From contig JAWMAR010000143.1 of NCBI GenBank assembly GCA_036785375.1, positions 3,720,001 through 3,784,000 of the forward strand: a DNA stretch of 64,000 bases. Reading direction: 5' to 3'. Below, piece after piece: positions 12,261 to 23,942 of the stretch (the stretch's first letter is position 1; every line of letters begins with the position of its first letter). The DNA comes from Leucoraja ocellata (Eukaryota). The notes beneath the pieces were generated by a model, which was not told the DNA's origin, did not search any database, and saw nothing but the letters and a program-made list of their open reading frames with translations. The position numbers were made by a program, and so were the translations under genes.

Positions 12261-13999
12261 TGTAGTGCAAAGTGTTTTGCGCAGCCGTAGTTTACTTCAA
12301 ATTTAAAGTCTGTTTTATTTCACTGCTACGGTGTGGAAATACAGACTCTGACTTCAGCTCTTTTGTTTGTTGGCACATCATTAGCAACTGGTAAATATTA
12401 ACAGAAAAATAAATTGACAAGCTGCGATATCTGAGCCAACATCTATTTTTGTGTCAGAGGAAACTAATGAAATGTGAGCGAATTAAATCACATTGACACT
12501 GGATTAGGATTTTAGCTTAGTGTAAATGCCAGAGATAGTGTCCAACTTCACAGTAAATTGGCGAAGGCATAGAGGGGATCCCCCGTTTGTGTAGCACGCA
12601 ACCTGAACTTGGACACTGTGTTCAGATCTTGGATGTGTGCAGCGAGGAGCTTCTGCTGGTCTGTCTGGCACCTGCCCCAGTATATAATAAGGTGTTTGTA
12701 TGTCAGTAAAACAGAAATTGGGAGGGCAGGGAGCAGCTTTTTATCTTGAATGAAAACTGGATCAAGTTCAGGTTGTGCAGTGCAAACACAGTATTTCCGT
12801 GACTGAGGAGTTGGCCGTGAAGATAGGTTTTTAGGATTATAGTGGCACTTGGCAAGGAGTTGATCTTTTCAAGATACTGGATGCGTATACACAAAGTTGC
12901 TTGCCAGAGGATGGCTTGTGTTGTATTGAACCTTGCCAAATGGAGCACAGCTTGGAAGAGAAATGAAAAATAGGGCAGTTCATTAGAGGTTAGCTCGCTG
13001 GATATTCATCTTATCACTTGATCAGTCAGGGTCATAATAAATAAAAGAGACACTTTCTGTTTCTTGGCTTGCTTATTTTTATATTTCAAAATCTCTGCAG
13101 TGCAGTCTGAGAATTATTCTGTGGACCTAAGATGTTCCAAAATTACTACCTGTACTGAGAAATGCGTTTTAAAAAAGCATGTAGATTGCTATACAGCAAA
13201 GGTATCTCCCGGCATGAATTTGATACATTGGACATAAGTTTGACCATCCCAAGGTCCTTTGACAACTTAAGTAAAAATTTACAAAAACAGTTTTAAACAG
13301 ATTCACACCAATTGCCTGTAGAAATAATGAAAGCATAGAAGTACAGTAACAGGAACAAAAAACAGGGAAAGTGCAGAAAGAAAAGTTATAAGAAAATACT
13401 CGAATGGCCCAAATTCAAGGTATATATTTCTATAAACACAAGAATGAAATGAATCTGTTCAAAAAATCTGGTGTAAAAGTCTTCCATTACAACGAAGAAA
13501 CGATTGTTCATAAAATTTGGATTTAATTAACTTAGGATAATCATATTTAAGATAGTGAATTTGCACAGTTAAGGCCCTTCAAATGTGGAGCCTAACTATG
13601 ATACATGAACACGTTTGAGTGTTTTTTATGCCAGTCCATGTGCATTTCTGTGCACATGCTCTTCAAAGCTACCACATAAACACCTGACATCTATCACAAA
13701 TGATGTAATGTCTTCTATATCTGTGCACAGATGAGTCAGCCTCTTCAATTTCTCTTGAGATAACTCTGTCAATAATCGTTTTTAGAAGAACAAGAGCTTA
13801 CTATTAACATTACAGTCACAGCAAAACCAGCATCCAAAGGCATACTACTTTTAAAGCATGGGTTCAGTTTATTTCAGTGGATAATGGAGAGATTGATGGC
13901 TGAACAAGTTACTGTATAAGAACATAAGCGTAGAGAGAGGCAATATCAGAAGGAGTTTGGTGTACCTGGAACTCGATTTATGGAGAATTCAAATGAGTT

Positions 14000-14820
14000 A
14001 GAGACTGAAGATCAGCAACAATTGATCCTTTGTGATATGTTTAATGTATCTGCAACCTGTGGGAACTACAACAAATTGGGAAACCTGGCCAGAAGGAACA
14101 GTTGAAGCAGAAGGGAGAAAAGAGAAAACATATTATAGCAAATATAGGGATTCAGTAATCTGTGCCCTGATGACAGATCCCCTAATTACTTGAATTTGGG
14201 AAAATTGAGAGTCATATAAACTACTTTCCCTACTTGGTGATGGGGTGTTCCAATTTACTTCAAATAATATTGAAGGTAAGGATCAACTTGCTGAATTTTA
14301 TTTTGGACAGTATAGGTGAGGTTTAATGTTTTGGTAGGTGGAAGGAAATGAATTGGATAATTGATTCTCAAAGATTTTCATTTCTGGATTATTACCTCTT
14401 CAAGATTGTGGAGGAAAACATGTGCCTGAAAGAGAGGTGAAAATGACAGATTGTTTTTCTAGGGATGCTAGCACAAGAGCTGGGATATTAAAAGGGTTAA
14501 CAGAGTAACTGCAATGGAAACTTGCTGCAGAGCAGTGCAAGATAGTAGTTAATCACACTGACTGGAAAGATAAGAAAAATGGTATAGGAAGAGTAATAGT
14601 TAGTAAATTAAGATGAAATGACATGAGAGATAATTTAAAAAGTGGTAAACAGGTAGGAACCTTCTTGGGATATATTAAGAATTAGAATACTGAAGATTAC
14701 ATTGTGGATTGTGTATAGCCCCCCCTGGTAGAAGCTGATAAATAGTTGAATATATTAATGCAAAGATTAGACAAGCAGGCACCAACGGCAGAACAGTTTT
14801 AATGGGGGACATTAACGTTA
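14000..14820 (+). mobile_element. Very decayed CR1 5'/endonuclease fragment
   Basis: gtggattgtgtatagcccccc...ttaatgggggacattaac resembles the endonuclease motifs VYRPP and MGDFN. Confidence 0.4.
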
Positions 14821-15248
14821 ACAAAGATTCTCACTATTGACACTATCTATGCCTCTTATAATTTAAAATAACTCCATCAGGTCATCTCTTGGCTTCCTTC
14901 CTTCCAGGAAAACAAACCCAGTTTATTCAATCCCTACCCTATAGCTAAGGTCCTCCATTCCAGGCAACATCCTGGTGAATGTTCTTTGCCCTCTCTTCAA
15001 TACGTCCACATCCTTCCTCTAGTTTGGCAAACATATATGTGTATAATGCTCCAAGTTCAGTCTAATGAGTGTTTTGTAAAAATGCAACATAATGTCCCAA
15101 CTTATATTCTATGTTCTGAGCTGTGAAGCGAAACAACCCATATGCCATCATCACTAATCTATCCAACAATGTTGCCACTTTTTGGGAAGCATGGACTAGA
15201 ATCCCAAGATCCTTCCGTCTATCAACATGGCTTGGTGTCCCACCATTT

Positions 15249-16311
15249 TTTTTTTGTTTATTTTATTAGAAGTTAATACAGTACAAAACAGTACAGTGGA
15301 ACCAAATTTTAGGTGCCAACTATGTCATACCGTAACCCATTCTATGTACAACATCTAGTTTTATGTTTTGAGAAGGAAGTAATCAAGACAAGAAAAAGAA
15401 AACAATAGAAAGGGGAAAAAGAGGAAAAATAGATGGTAGAGAATAGAAAAACGTGAAGTGTGTATATAAAAAAAGAGAAAAAGTGAAAAGTAGAAATATG
15501 AGAGAAGGCCCCTTACAAGAGAAATTTTCAAATCTTTATTCGGAGATGTAGATCTATCCACGGCATGAACTGAAATCAGCAATCTTTACGGTACCGCTGC
15601 ATCACATGATTCCAAAAAGTCGATGAAAGGAGACCAACTCCTTTAGAATTGGTCATATTTATCTATTAGTCGGAGTCTCGTTTCTTCAAAGGTGTGCTAT
15701 GTCCATCATATTCCTAATCCACATTTTAACAGTTGGTATGGCTGTATTTTTCCAAAATTTAAGTATCAATTTCTTTCCAATTATTAACCCATAATTAAAA
15801 AAAAACGTTTTGGTCTTTATTTAAATTGATATCTTCTACTATTATTCCAAATATAATCCATTCCGTTTTAGGTTCTATTCTTGACTTGAAAAACTTTGTA
15901 AATATATCAAATATATCGCTCCAAAATTTATTCAACTTTTTACATCCTACAAATGAATGTGTTATATTAGCGTTTTGAAACAAACATTTATCGCATCTGG
16001 GAGACATTTGGGTAAAATTTATTCAACCTCGTTTTTGAATAATATAGTCTATGTAATAATTTGAATTGAATTGAATTATGTCCTGCATTAATAGAATAAT
16101 TATGTGTGTTCATCAGATACTTTTCCCATCTATCCTTTGAGATCTTTATTATTAGCTCATGTTCCCAATCTTCTCTTAGTGCTTCTGTTGAGGGTAATTC
16201 TCTATTTAATATATTATTATAAAAGTATGATATTAGTTTTTGTGAATCAGCCTTAATATTCATTGCTTCTTCTAAAGGGTCTAAAAATATAGTTTGAAAT
16301 CTATGTGTATA
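15249..16311 (-). mobile_element. 5'-truncated L1-clade LINE with poly(A) tail and 11-bp TSD
   Basis: ORFs give QFKLLHRLYYSKTRL and the CCHC knuckle CDKCLFQNANITHSFVGC. Poly(T) on + begins at 15246. TSD TCCCACCATTT at 15238-15248 and 16312-16322. Confidence 0.9.
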
Positions 16312-16674
16312 TCCCACCATTTACTGTACCCCTATTTGACTTCCCAAAATGCATCACCTTGCACTTGTTGGGAACATCTGCCAGTGTTCAGCCCAGTTTT
16401 CCATCTGTATCTTGCTTCAGCATTGAACAACCTTCCTTTCTCTCTACAATATCACCAACTTTTTATGTCATCCACAGACGTATGAATTGTTCTCCTGCAT
16501 TCATCTCCAAGTCGTTGATGTATAACAAAAACAAGAAAGGTCTCGGCACGGATCCCCTGCGCTAAACCTCTGGTCGTAGACTTCAAATCACAAAAGCTTC
16601 CTTCCACCATTCCCTCTATCACCAAGCCAAACTTGTACCTAATACTCCATAATATTCTGGATCATCCAGTCTTA

Positions 16675-17067
16675 GGCCCCCTTCGGTCATGGCTGACCAT
16701 GGATGTTTCCACAGTGTTATTCCCTATATGGAGGACACCTGTGCGTGACTTTGTTTAACGTGGGGAGACTGGTGAACAGACAGCCACTCCACGGTCCTTG
16801 ACAGATCTGGGTCAGGATCCAGTGGCATAGATTCCAAGACGACCGGAGACCCTTTTCTGCTACAGCCTTCATCCGCCTTCCCAGCCCTTACTAAAGTCAG
16901 CCATCACCCTCCGCCTGGTCCACCGTTGAAGTCTTGGTTGGATTGCTCTTTGTCAGAGACCTCCGCCTCGACCGTGCCGCCATGGGTGGCCCTACCAGGA
17001 GCATAGCTCCAGACAGCATCACTCAGGGTCTCATGTCCGCACAAGGTTCTCCACCACAACAAGGTGA
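16675..17067 (-). mobile_element. RTE 5'-UTR-derived short element
   Basis: Minus strand caccttgttgtggtgg...gagctatgctcctggtagggccacccatggcggc...gtctctgacaaag resembles the 5' end of RTE/BovB-type LINEs as I recall it. It interrupts the CR1. Confidence 0.55.
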
Positions 17068-18137
17068 TAATCCTACTAGACAATATCAAATGCTTAGCAA
17101 ATACCATACAGAGAATGTCTCCCTCTCTGGCTTCATAATCTTCTTGTTACCTCCTCAAAAAAACGTAATTAAATTACTGAGGCTGGATTTCCCATGCATA
17201 ATGTCATGCTGAATATCCATGAACTGCCCTTACCTTTCCAAATGTACATATATCTTATATTTGAGAATTTTCTTGAATAATTTTCCGACCATTGATGCAA
17301 GGCACATTGGCCTGTAGCTACCTATCTTATCTCTGCTGCTTTTTTTAAGTAAAGGGACAATATTAACTATCCTGCAGTGTTCTGGTGCATTACTTGTGGC
17401 AAACAAAGGGGAAAACATCTCCGTGAGGCCTATCCCTTGCCTCCTATGGCAAATTGGGATAAATCTCATCCATTCCTGTCGATTTGTCAACACTTAGGCA
17501 TTTCCTACTGCCAAACACCTCCTCCTTAATACTGAGATTACCTAGCCAACCCTTGCTGAACTCACTATCTTCCATGTCCTTTGTGAATGCAGATGATAAG
17601 TATTCATTCAGGACTAGTCCACATTTCCTGGCTCGACACATAGATATCCCTTTGACCCACTCTTTTTCCCTGTCATTCCAATATATTTGTAGAATATCTT
17701 GGGATTTTCCTTAATCTTACTTGCCCTCGTAATTTATTTCTTAACTTTTCTCTTACACTATATTCCATAAGAGACTCTTGATTCCTGTTGTCTACACCTG
17801 ACATATGTTTCTATTTTTTTGTTCCTGATCAAACTTTCAATGGCCTTTATCATCCAAGGTTCCCTAATCTTGCCAAGTTTGCCTTTCACCCTTACTGGAA
17901 CATTCTGGCACAGAAATCTTTTTCACTCTCTTTTAAAAGACTTCCACTTGTCAGCTGTTATTTTTGATTAAACATCTGTTCTCAATCTATTTTCACCAGG
18001 TCTCTCTTTCGTTATTTGAATGAGCCTTTCCCTGTTCAAGATTTTAACTTGAGGACCATCCTTTTCCTTTTCTATAACAACCTTGAACTTTACAGAACTA
18101 TATTCACTGTTCCTGATGCGTTCCCTCACCAACACTC

Positions 18138-18553
18138 TCATACTTTTATAATAATATATTAAATAGAGAATTACCCTCAACAGAAGCACTAAGAGAAGAT
18201 TGGGAACATGAGCTAATGATAAAGATCTCAAAGGATAGATGGGAAAAGTATCTGATGAACACATATAATTGTTCTATTAATGCAGGACATAATTTAATTC
18301 AATTCAAATTATTACATAGACTATATTATTCAAAAACGAGGTTGAATAAATTTTACCCAAATGTCTCTCCCAGATGCGATAAATGTTTGTTTCAAAACGC
18401 TAATATAACACATTCATTTGTAGGATGTAAAAAGTTGAATAAATTTTGGAGCGATATATTTGATATATTTACAAAGTTTTTCAAGTCAAGAATAGAACCT
18501 AAAACGGAATGGATTATATTTGGAATAATAGTAGAAGATATCAATTTAAATAA
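18138..18553 (+). mobile_element. Internal L1 ORF2 fragment, inverted near-identical copy of 15817-16230
   Basis: Hand alignment shows 4 substitutions and one 2-bp indel over ~415 bp. No 3' UTR or poly(A). TCTC is present at both junctions. Confidence 0.9.
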
Positions 18554-19289
18554 TCTCGCCACTTGTTTGGTCTCATTTACTAAGGCTAGTACTACTCTAT
18601 TTCCAGTAGGACTCTACATATTATTTCATTAAACTTCCTTGAATACATTGAACAAATTCTGCACCATCTAGGCACTAAGGCAATCCCTGTCATTAAAAAC
18701 CCTTTTGGTCTTGCACATTCATCTTTCTGTGATTTAATCTAATTTCCTCTCATTCCCGCTGACTATTGGGAGGCTGAGGTTGGTCACCACTCTCTCATTG
18801 GACAATTGTAACCCCCCACTCCCTTCCCTCCCCCAGAATATTCTTGCTTGAATTTGCTCTGAATATTTTTTCACAACAATATGTTCTGGAACCAAGAGGT
18901 GGGATGAATTAGACTTGAAAAGGAAAGAGTCAGATTTAGTTAGCAGCATAATGCTGCGCAAATATTTATCTAAATGGGGTCAAGAGCAATGTGGACTCAT
19001 TGGAAATGGAAAATGTTAATATTACAAGTGAAAATAATGAAGTAAAATGTTGAATAATTAATTTGTGTTGGTATTTAAACTGGATGAACAATGGTGAACA
19101 CTGGATGAGGCGAACTTGGATTATGCATGAAATTTCATCAATTGATTGATAGTAAAATAATGAAGAAAGTTGCAACATCAAAGCAACATTTTTTTTAATG
19201 CCACATAATTTCCTTTTGCGAGTATTAAGGATAAGTAGTGAGCATTTTGCAGATCCCTTGATGATAATCTTCCACAGTTATCTCAACTT

Positions 19290-20460
19290 ATGCACATCAC
19301 TACAAAATAAGAAAGATGACCCAGGAAGCTAGCAAATCATAGACTCGTAGAGAGATACTGACGAGTTATAGGTTCTTTGTCCCACTGTTCATGTTGTCCT
19401 TCAAGCACCCATTTTTACACTAATCATATCTTAACCCATTTTATTTTCTTCATATTCCCATAAACTCCCAGCTCGATTCTACCACCTATCTACATATCAG
19501 GGCCAACTTAAAGTAGCCGATTAACCTACTGCATATTTGGAGCAGTTAGCTTAACGATTATAGTTGATAAATTATGGTTATTAAGCATAGAGTGACTTAA
19601 ACGTTTTGGGTGAACATAAAGAACCAGATGGATATGTAAAATTAAGGTCTTACTTGACAAGCCTGCTTGAATATTTGGTACGCATATAATAAAAGTAATG
19701 GATAGGGCAATGACTTGGACTTTCAGAATGTTCTGACATCTTAAACGAAACCATTAGCTGAATTGGGCTTTACTATGTTAAATGCAAATTGTTGACATAT
19801 CCAGAAAATTAGCTGTGCAGCAGAAAACGTGAGTGTAGAAATAATGGCAGTATGTGACTAATGGTCTTTTGCAAGATGCAGTGGCCTCAATTATTTATTA
19901 GCAATTTTGATTGCAGTGTAGAATGGCAAATATAGAATGATACAAAGATGGGTGATATTATTAATGAAGCATACATTACAAATAGTCACTTCTAGATTGG
20001 ATGATTGAACAGGACTGTGGCAAATAACGCCCTTGTGGGGAAACATGTGGCCGTTCATCCACATAAAACTGAACAGTGGACTTTGTTTAAGAGTGTACTT
20101 AACTTAAGAACAACGGAGGTTCAAAGTAACTCAATGGTCCATTAGTGTTGGTTACTAAAACGTCATGAGCAGGAAAAGTAAACAGACTGTATCTTCCCTA
20201 ACTGATGGCTGAGAATCCATGGTGAAATTATGCATAAACCATTGCAAAGGCCCGGTATCTATGGAATAGTGTGTGATTCCAACTTCTGCAACATAGTAGA
20301 AAGGATATATTAGCCTTTATGGGAGTGTACATGTATATATTTATCAGCATGATATCTTGACTGCTAAGAGTTATTACAAGAAATTGCATAAACCAGGATT
20401 GTGTTTTCTGGAATTTTAAAGATTGAGGAGCAATTTGTTTTCAGCATTCAAAATGTTTGT
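19290..20460 (+). mobile_element. Heavily decayed CR1 ORF2 with an old SINE-like piece (~19335-19525, -) nested
   Basis: gatgacccaggaagcta, ttggactttcagaatg, gatgatacaaagatgggtg-like and agaaaggatatattagcctt motifs occur in CR1 order. Confidence 0.5.
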
Positions 20461-20546
20461 TTTCCTGAATATTTAATAATTATAAATATTGACAATATTG
20501 GTTGCAATGTGAGAGTTGAATGTCATTTAAAAACTTGCAGCTTACA

Positions 20547-20865
20547 GTCGGCACGGTGGTACAGTGGTAGAGTTGGTGTTTTACAGCGCTTGCAGCGCCG
20601 GAGACCCGGGTTCGATCCTGACTACGGGTGTTGTCTGTACGGAGTTTGTACAGTCTCCCTGTGACCGCCTGCATTTTCTCCGAGATCTTCGGTTTCCTCC
20701 CACACTCCAACGACGTACAGGTTTGCGGGTTAATTGGCTTGGTATAAATGTAAATTGTCCTCCGTGTGTTTAGGATAGTGTTAATGCGCAGGGATCGCTG
20801 GTTGGTGCAGACTCGGTGAGCCAAAGGGCCTGTTTCCGCGCTGTATTTTTAAAACTTAAAACTAA
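20547..20865 (+). mobile_element. HE1-type tRNA-derived V-SINE, full length
   Basis: A box TGGTACAGTGG, B box GGTTCGATCC, core ggtttcctcccacactccaa, and CR1-like tail gggcctgtttccgcgctgta followed by (aaact)n-like repeats. Confidence 0.85.
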
Positions 20866-21602
20866 GACATAATCCCATACAAAAGCCTAAAAAGGATGAA
20901 GCATTGCATTTAAATGAGAGTGGCAGCGAACTGGAGATTTACTGAGCTGCAGAAGTGAAAATAATTATGTGATGTCTGGTTCTTTCCAAGCTGGATGAAG
21001 GAAGTGCAGATTTCTGAGATGCTGTGAGTGGATTTGACTGGACAAGTCTCCTCTTTGTCTCCTCTTACCTTGGTGTTAAAATACACAATTAGTTTTAATT
21101 TTAACTTTTTTTATTTAATTTATTACAACAACCTATTTTTACTTGCAGGGCAGGATAGTTGTGAGAAAATTTGAAGGCACATTTTCATGGCTTTACAGTA
21201 TCCTATGTTTGAGGCCTTATAAAGGGATTGTGTCTCTCAGAAGATACATTATCCTTCTATCCTTTGTGTGAACCTTTACAGCTCATTTCAAAACAAATCA
21301 GAGTTCTCTGGATTTATTCAGTGCCTCAAAAGTGTTCCATTTAATTCTTGGTGGTAAAATTTTGACAGGAAAAATAAACAAAAAATCGAATTAAACAGAG
21401 AAAGATGTATTAATGTCACAGATACATAGAGAAGAATATTAAATCAGTGGTAAGCTGTCTAATGCACATAGGATTTGAAATGCTCTAATTATATCAGTTA
21501 TTTTTAATAGCTGCATTCATTTGTACTTTCTTATAGACTGTTAGAATGTAGTTTGCTGTCTCAGTAATTTAGTTTGGAAAACAACTTAAATAGTTCATAT
21601 GT

Positions 21603-21683
21603 GTAGGAAAGAACTGCAGATGCTGGTTTAAATCGAAGGTAGACACAAAATGCTGCAGCATCTCTGGAGAGAAGGAATGGGGT
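21603..21683 (-). mobile_element. 81-bp Penelope-derived terminal unit with 20-bp TSD
   Basis: Perfect direct repeat AACTTAAATAGTTCATATGT at 21583-21602 and 21684-21703. Insert is homologous to 4243-4312 with an internal deletion. Confidence 0.75.
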
Positions 21684-21837
21684 AACTTAAATAGTTCATA
21701 TGTTCTTTGACATTACAGAAAGGAGAAAATGTCCCTTGCAAATGCTCCTGTACTTTAGATGTTCACAGGGCAGCTGAGATATCAGATGATACGTTCGACA
21801 CACTATATATTTTTTTAACTAATGGTCATGACCGACC

Positions 21838-21970
21838 ATGGATAGGACAGGTTTGGAGGGATATGGACCAAACGCAGGCAGGTGGGACTAGTGTAACAGG
21901 GACATGTTGGCCGGTGCGGGAAAGTTGGGCCGATGGACCTGTTTCCACAATGTATCACTCTATGACTCTA
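21838..21970 (+). mobile_element. CR1 3' end
   Basis: atggataggacaggtttggagggatatggaccaaacgcagg...cctgtttccacaatgtatcactctatgactcta is homologous to 54305-54418. Confidence 0.75.
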
Positions 21971-22532
21971 AGACAGCTTCAGTAATCTAATGCCTGGTTA
22001 GTCCCATTACCCATCCCATCAACCTCTGATTACAGAATGGGCCAAAGGCTGGGTGAACTCCACTCTGGATTCAAAACATTCTCTGACTAACCACCAGCAG
22101 TTGGCACATTTTTCTATGGTAAATTTATATCCAAAAAGAAAAAATGTGCCTAGCAGGTCAGGAGTATTCTGTTAACTCCACGATATATTACAGGTTATCA
22201 GCTGTTGCCACTCTCTCCCTAGGACTTCAACCTCTTCTCGTGCTCCCTGGGATTTTCCTGCAAATGGGCCAGCTGCCTGTAATGGCACAAGAGAAATGAA
22301 CAGCTCGACCATTTATTACTAATGAGGCTCTTGGCTCACTTTGGACCATATTCAAGTCTTTTACTTCCCAGTCGGTGAAATACTGACGAAATGCCATCAT
22401 AATGTGAGATGCCTAACTTCAGTTACAGTGTCACAGTTGGCTGCATGCTTGGTTTTACCAAACTTTAAAGATTTCCTGACGCTGTTTGATCAAGGACATT
22501 AACTTTTCCTGGTGGCTTGGAGATTCTTGATT

Positions 22533-22870
22533 TAATAATAATAATAATAATAATAATAATTTCTTTTATTGTCATTGCACGTCAGTGCAACGAGATTTAG
22601 TATGCAGCTCCAACCGATGAAAAAGAAAAGTAAAATAAATAAATAAGCTGTGTGTCGTGACCATCCGAGGGAGACAGTCCAGGGGGGGTGGAGGGCACTC
22701 AGCAGGGCCGGTTCAGAGCCGCTATAGCTCTTGGAATAAAGCTGTTTCTGAGTCTGGAGGTTCGGGCGTAGAAGGCCTTGTAACGTCTGCCGGAGGGAAG
22801 TAGTTCAAACAGTCCGTTACAGGGGTGTGATGAGTCTTTATGGATGTTGACGGCCTTCCTGAGGCACCGT
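22533..22870 (-). mobile_element. Young 5'-truncated Rex1/Babar LINE with (TTA)n tail
   Basis: Uninterrupted frame RCLRKAVNIHKDSSHPCNGLFELLPSGRRYKAFYARTSRLRNSFIPRAIAALNRPC*. 3' stem-loop ttgcac-gtca-gtgcaa. (TAA)9 at 22533-22559. Confidence 0.85.
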
Positions 22871-23806
22871 TCATCAAGATGAGTTCATATTTGTTGAAAT
22901 ATGAACTTATACTATCCTTTATTTTTCCTAGATTGGGTTTACATTGGTTTTACATTTATTTTCATATTTTAAATCAAGTAGTAGAGGGCTCTGAGGTATG
23001 GTGGTGTATAAGATACAGTAGTTCAGTGTCTGAAAATGATTGCGGGATGATGATGTATAGTTAAACTACGTCTGTTAGTTGCAAATGAAGCAACATGGCA
23101 ATTTTGCACTGCTACCTATTAGAAACATTTTATTGTCTAGCCAATGCTAACCACACTATTGATTAGCTGACTGAATCAGCAAAGACAAATATCACACGTA
23201 GTTAACATCAGTGGAAGCTTGCATGCTACATCTAAAAACTAGTTTGCATCTAATAAAGGGGAGGTACATTGTGCTTGAAGTAGTTATGCAATATGATATA
23301 TGAAACAGTGAAGAATGACACATTATGAGATAATGAGGGATCCTCAGATTTTCATTACTGCATCAGAAGGCATGTATGGAGGGAGATGTGCTTTTGAATC
23401 TGCAGGAACAGGAAAACCTTTCAGATTCATTCAAAAAGACACTTTGAATGAGGGCAGTATGGTCCATGCTAGTGCTCATGCCCCGATATCTTGTATGTAA
23501 TGCTACAAAATATTCAATAGCATCACATGAGAGGTCAAAGTGATGAATGCATCTATGTCCACACCGCAGTTACATAGCAGATCCTGCTTGATGCACCACA
23601 TTCCATTCATCAAGATTTGTATCTATTGCCAATGTGCTCTACTGCCCCCTCACATATTTACCACTGTAAGCCTGAATGAGTAAGCTTCATATCCACATCT
23701 TGGAGTTTGCACATCCTATGCTCTAGTCAAGCAGGACTACCAGTGATTGTCGATTACTCATTAACACATAGAACAAGCAAGAGCTTGTGCTTATTTCTAT
23801 GTAGAA

Positions 23807-23942
23807 GATCGAGAGATGCAAGCAACACTGATCGAGAGATGCAAGCAACACTTAAGTAGGAAGACTGCCATTTTCAAGTGATTTGGTTCCACAAATGGTG
23901 TTGGACCAAATCACTTGAAAATGGCAGTGTCTTCCCACTTAA
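23807..23942. repeat. 23-bp perfect tandem duplication followed by a 91-nt inverted repeat
   Basis: GATCGAGAGATGCAAGCAACACT x2 (23807-23852). Perfect 24-bp arms at 23864-23887 and 23905-23928. Confidence 0.95.

Larger units (their letters stand above)
14830..18860 (-). mobile_element. Long decayed CR1 ORF2 (endonuclease plus RT) hosting three nested insertions
   Basis: ORF 17230..17493 gives NIVPLLKKSSRDKIGSYRPMCLASMVGKL (RT N-terminus). Minus strand at ~16450-16560 gives QGSV...LYINDL...DDIKVG. 3' part lies at 14830-15240. Confidence 0.8.

Noticed and set aside
20547-20625. tRNA gene
   Set aside because: The A and B boxes belong to a SINE head that continues into the core and LINE-like tail, with further copies in the window.
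22525-22879. 7-bp inverted flanks (TCTTGAT / ATCAAGA) around the Rex1 copy
   Set aside because: Too short to distinguish from chance.
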